From: Armatimonadota bacterium
Lineage (GTDB): Bacteria; Armatimonadota; UBA5829; DTLH01
Length of the DNA stretch: 64,000 bases
Assembly (NCBI GenBank): GCA_039679675.1
Contig: JBDKUN010000022.1
Coordinates: forward strand, 11,403-75,402
Reading direction: 5' to 3'
Shown here one piece after another: positions 61,423 through 64,000 of the stretch. Numbering within the stretch: the first letter of the stretch is position 1; every line of letters starts with the position of its first letter. The notes beneath the pieces were generated by a model, which ran no database searches, was not told the origin of the DNA, and was given only the letters and a program-made list of their open reading frames with translations. The position numbers and the translations under genes are program-made.

Positions 61423-62100
61423 TTGAAAGTCAATGTTGAATACTTCACCGATCCTATCTGTGCTTGGAGTTATGTGTCGGAGCCAACAATTCAGTCACTT
61501 CTCAGCGATCACCGGGAGAATGTGGACTTCCGATTCCGATCGCTGCCGATCCTGGACAAGATCACCGGCCAGCGTAAAGAAGGAGAGAAATTCCGAACTC
61601 CCCAGGAGATGCAGCAGGAGTGGACCGAAATCTCTCTAAAGACAGGCGTAAGGCTCGATCCGTCACTCTGGCAGGAAGACCCTCCCCACTCAAGTTGGCC
61701 AGCTAATCGAGCGATGAAGGCAGCGCTCAGGCAGGGGCTGGATAAAGGCAATAGATTCATCCATTTACTGCGCGACGCGGCACTTGTCGACCGCAAAAAC
61801 CCATCCGATATGGATATTCTCAAGGACATTGCGTACGAGGCAGCACTTGATGTAGACCAGTTTTATGTAGATATGACCGAAAACGCGCAGCAGCTCGAAA
61901 AAGAAGTCGCGGATGACGCTATCGAAGCCAATGAGCGATGTATCTACAATACCCCCACCCTGGTCATGCAAAATGATGAAGGAGACGGAGTAATCATCAC
62001 TGGAACGATTGATTACCAGGTCGCGAACCATGCGATCCGTTCGCTCCTGGGCCAGAAGGTTATAGGCACACCAGAATCAATAATCGCGCCTTCGATGTAG
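61423..62100 (+). CDS. DsbA/FrnE-family thioredoxin-fold protein (SpxH-like, CxxS)
   Basis: FTDPICAWS, PPHSSWPANRAMKAA, TPTL. Confidence 0.8.
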   Translation: MKVNVEYFTDPICAWSYVSEPTIQSLLSDHRENVDFRFRSLPILDKITGQRKEGEKFRTPQEMQQEWTEISLKTGVRLDPSLWQEDPPHSSWPANRAMKAALRQGLDKGNRFIHLLRDAALVDRKNPSDMDILKDIAYEAALDVDQFYVDMTENAQQLEKEVADDAIEANERCIYNTPTLVMQNDEGDGVIITGTIDYQVANHAIRSLLGQKVIGTPESIIAPSM

Positions 62101-62112
62101 AATGCTTCGGCT

Positions 62113-62745
62113 CTAGGAGAATGACGCAAGAAAATCTTTGACTTCACCGAAGAGATAGTTGTAAGCCGACTCCATCTTCCGTTCAACATCGGAAAGGTCC
62201 GTAAACGGTTCCGGGTGCTGCACATCCAATTCCACGTAAATTTGCGAGAGGTCATTGAAGAACGGCTCGATCTTGATCTCATGTATGCCTTCATGATGAA
62301 GGACCAGCCTTATACCGGCTCCCTGCCTGCCCGGGCCGAGTATTTCCAGCTTATCGGACATATTCGAAAGCATCTTATCCTCGATATACTGCGCTGCGCG
62401 CGGGGCCTCGTTCATCGGCACGAACGCCGTCAGCTTGATACCGAGTGTCATAAACTGCGGAATGCTCAAACGGCTTTGGATTATCTCCAGCATATCCATA
62501 CACTTCTCTTTTGTAGCCTGGAAGTGCATAACAGATTCATTGATCTGTATTCTGCTCTGCTGGATGAAGCAATCGTTGTCAGAATTGGCCATTCTAGCGC
62601 CATCAGGCAGGTGCTGGAGCGACTGATAAGGATAGTGCTCGGTAATATCCGCATAGATGTGGTTGACCTCTGCCGGATGCAGTCCCCTGGGGGGATAGAG
62701 CAGTCCTACAGTCGACCTGCGAAGAGTCAGAAGTTCCGGATTCAT
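62113..62745 (-). CDS. Hypothetical protein
   Basis: Long ORF with GGAG before ATG 62745; no recognised motif. Confidence 0.65.
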   Translation of the reverse strand: MNPELLTLRRSTVGLLYPPRGLHPAEVNHIYADITEHYPYQSLQHLPDGARMANSDNDCFIQQSRIQINESVMHFQATKEKCMDMLEIIQSRLSIPQFMTLGIKLTAFVPMNEAPRAAQYIEDKMLSNMSDKLEILGPGRQGAGIRLVLHHEGIHEIKIEPFFNDLSQIYVELDVQHPEPFTDLSDVERKMESAYNYLFGEVKDFLASFS

Positions 62746-62904
62746 GAACAGTCTCCAGTCCAGTAGAAAGGGATTATTGCGCTCAATTCTACCACGGAGG
62801 CATAAGAGGGTCAAGGATGGGTTGGACTAAAAGGGGATGGTTAGGTCTCCGTATTCTATCCATCCCCTCTTCAATTCGCTATCTCGCGATAGAAAGCTGT
62901 TGGT

Positions 62905-63531
62905 CTACTTGGAGGGTTTTCCACCCCGTATGATAGTGCATCCGTTTGGTCCGCACTCGAAAGTATTGCCGGTTGCCGGTTTTGCAGGCGCTGCAGCCGC
63001 TTTGGCACATCCTGTTTTACCATTGCAGAGCATCTTTGGACACTGATCGCTCATCATCATACAGCAGGCTACGGGGCCTTTGCAGTTCTCACATGTTTTG
63101 GCATCCGGTACCTTCTCACGCACCGCTACCCACATATCAACCGTTTTAGTAAAAAGCTCTGACTGAAGGCTGTTTATCTTCTCAACCTGTGTTGAGACAG
63201 CTTCTTTGTCGATGGATTTCGCTGAAAGCAGGGTGTTTAGCTCAGCTCTGGCATCTGCCAAATCTTTTCTTATCCCTGCGGTCTCGTTCATATACGCATC
63301 GTGGATCTCTTTTCCGGCTCCCTGCATCATCGGACAGGAGCATGACGCGCCGCAGCACGCGGTTCCCGGAGTTTGAGCATCCGCCGGCGTAGGAGAAGCA
63401 GACTTGGCAGCGCAGCCGGTTCCACAGCACCCACAGCCTGACGGCGACTGCTGCTGCGCAGCCCAGCTGAATACCAGCACTCCTGCCAACAGCACTACAC
63501 CTATCAAAATCATTAATCTGTTTCTGTTCAT
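62905..63531 (-). CDS. Exported Spy/CpxP/ZraP-like protein with Cys-rich arms
   Basis: GGAGG RBS; signal peptide; IRKDLADARAEL..ID..V..INSL helical core; 17 Cys. Confidence 0.75.
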   Translation of the reverse strand: MNRNRLMILIGVVLLAGVLVFSWAAQQQSPSGCGCCGTGCAAKSASPTPADAQTPGTACCGASCSCPMMQGAGKEIHDAYMNETAGIRKDLADARAELNTLLSAKSIDKEAVSTQVEKINSLQSELFTKTVDMWVAVREKVPDAKTCENCKGPVACCMMMSDQCPKMLCNGKTGCAKAAAAPAKPATGNTFECGPNGCTIIRGGKPSK

Positions 63532-63571
63532 ACGTTTCTACCTCCAAGATCTGTTTTTTGGACTCGCATGA

Positions 63572-64000
63572 GTCAGTAACCTCCGGCAGAGCCGGAGTCT
63601 TGTAATATGGGAACCGCTCAAAGCGGTTATCTGTTCGTCATTTATGAGCCGCCCAAGGCGGCATCAGCACAACTTAAGTTGATCGATCCGTTTGTCTTCC
63701 GCCTCTTGTTGGCGGATATACTCTTGGATCATCTTCTCATCTTTTCCAACTGTGGATACAAAATATCCACGAGCCCAAAATTGCTCGCCGGTGAAGTTCT
63801 TTTTCTTTCCGGCATAAGTCCGTGCTATGTGTATGGCACTCTTGCCTTTGATATAACCTATCACCTGTGCAATACTATATTTGGGCGGTATGCTGATCAG
63901 CATATGCACGTGGTCAAGCTGCAGACTTCCCGTCTCGATGCATGACTCCTTGTGTCGAGCCAACTCGGTAAACAGCTTGCCCAATTCATTTCTGATGTGA
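63572..64000 (-). mobile_element. IS200/IS605-family insertion sequence, right part
   Basis: Y1 transposase plus subterminal hairpins 63581-63597 and 63612-63628. Confidence 0.85.
63664..64000 (-). CDS. tnpA: IS200-type HUH/Y1 transposase, 5' end outside window
   Basis: DHVHMLISIPPKY, IKGKS, FWARGYFVSTVG, YIRQQ. Confidence 0.95.
   Translation of the reverse strand, partial: HIRNELGKLFTELARHKESCIETGSLQLDHVHMLISIPPKYSIAQVIGYIKGKSAIHIARTYAGKKKNFTGEQFWARGYFVSTVGKDEKMIQEYIRQQEAEDKRIDQLKLC

Noticed and set aside
63664..64000. TnpA as the REP-associated (RAYT) transposase
   Set aside because: Motifs and end hairpins are typical IS200, and no REP family flanks its visible end

Overview
Bacterial chromosomal window of about 52% GC by eye, using the standard code (TGA is a normal stop). 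The mix of a PEP-CTERM protein, outer-membrane barrel-like proteins, CIRCE-controlled groESL and a yggS-sepF-proC-yggT operon suggests a diderm Terrabacteria lineage such as Armatimonadota (inference). Housekeeping and signalling content: a partial complex I operon (nuoA,E,F,H,J,K,L,M,N; no B,C,D,G,I), ftsH, dut, groESL, a GGDEF/HD-GYP protein, a histidine kinase and an FHA-PP2C-Ser/Thr kinase module. Also present are an orphan DNA methyltransferase, sugar-catabolism genes, a CsoR-family gene and a partial IS200-type tnpA. Most notable: (1) a secreted protein whose in-frame TGA (47688-47690) is followed by GGVC, a SECIS-like hairpin and 44 more codons, a likely selenoprotein; (2) nuoM has a ~165-aa in-frame tail built from a mosaic of the genome's intergenic palindromic repeats; (3) a recurring promoter-proximal hairpin/U-tract RNA element with covariation lies upstream of three exported-protein genes; (4) a consensus sigma-54 promoter precedes a ~100-nt structured sRNA candidate; (5) many REP-like families occur, including nested and stuttered copies and repeat-delimited accessory genes. 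No rRNA, tRNA or CRISPR array was recognised.
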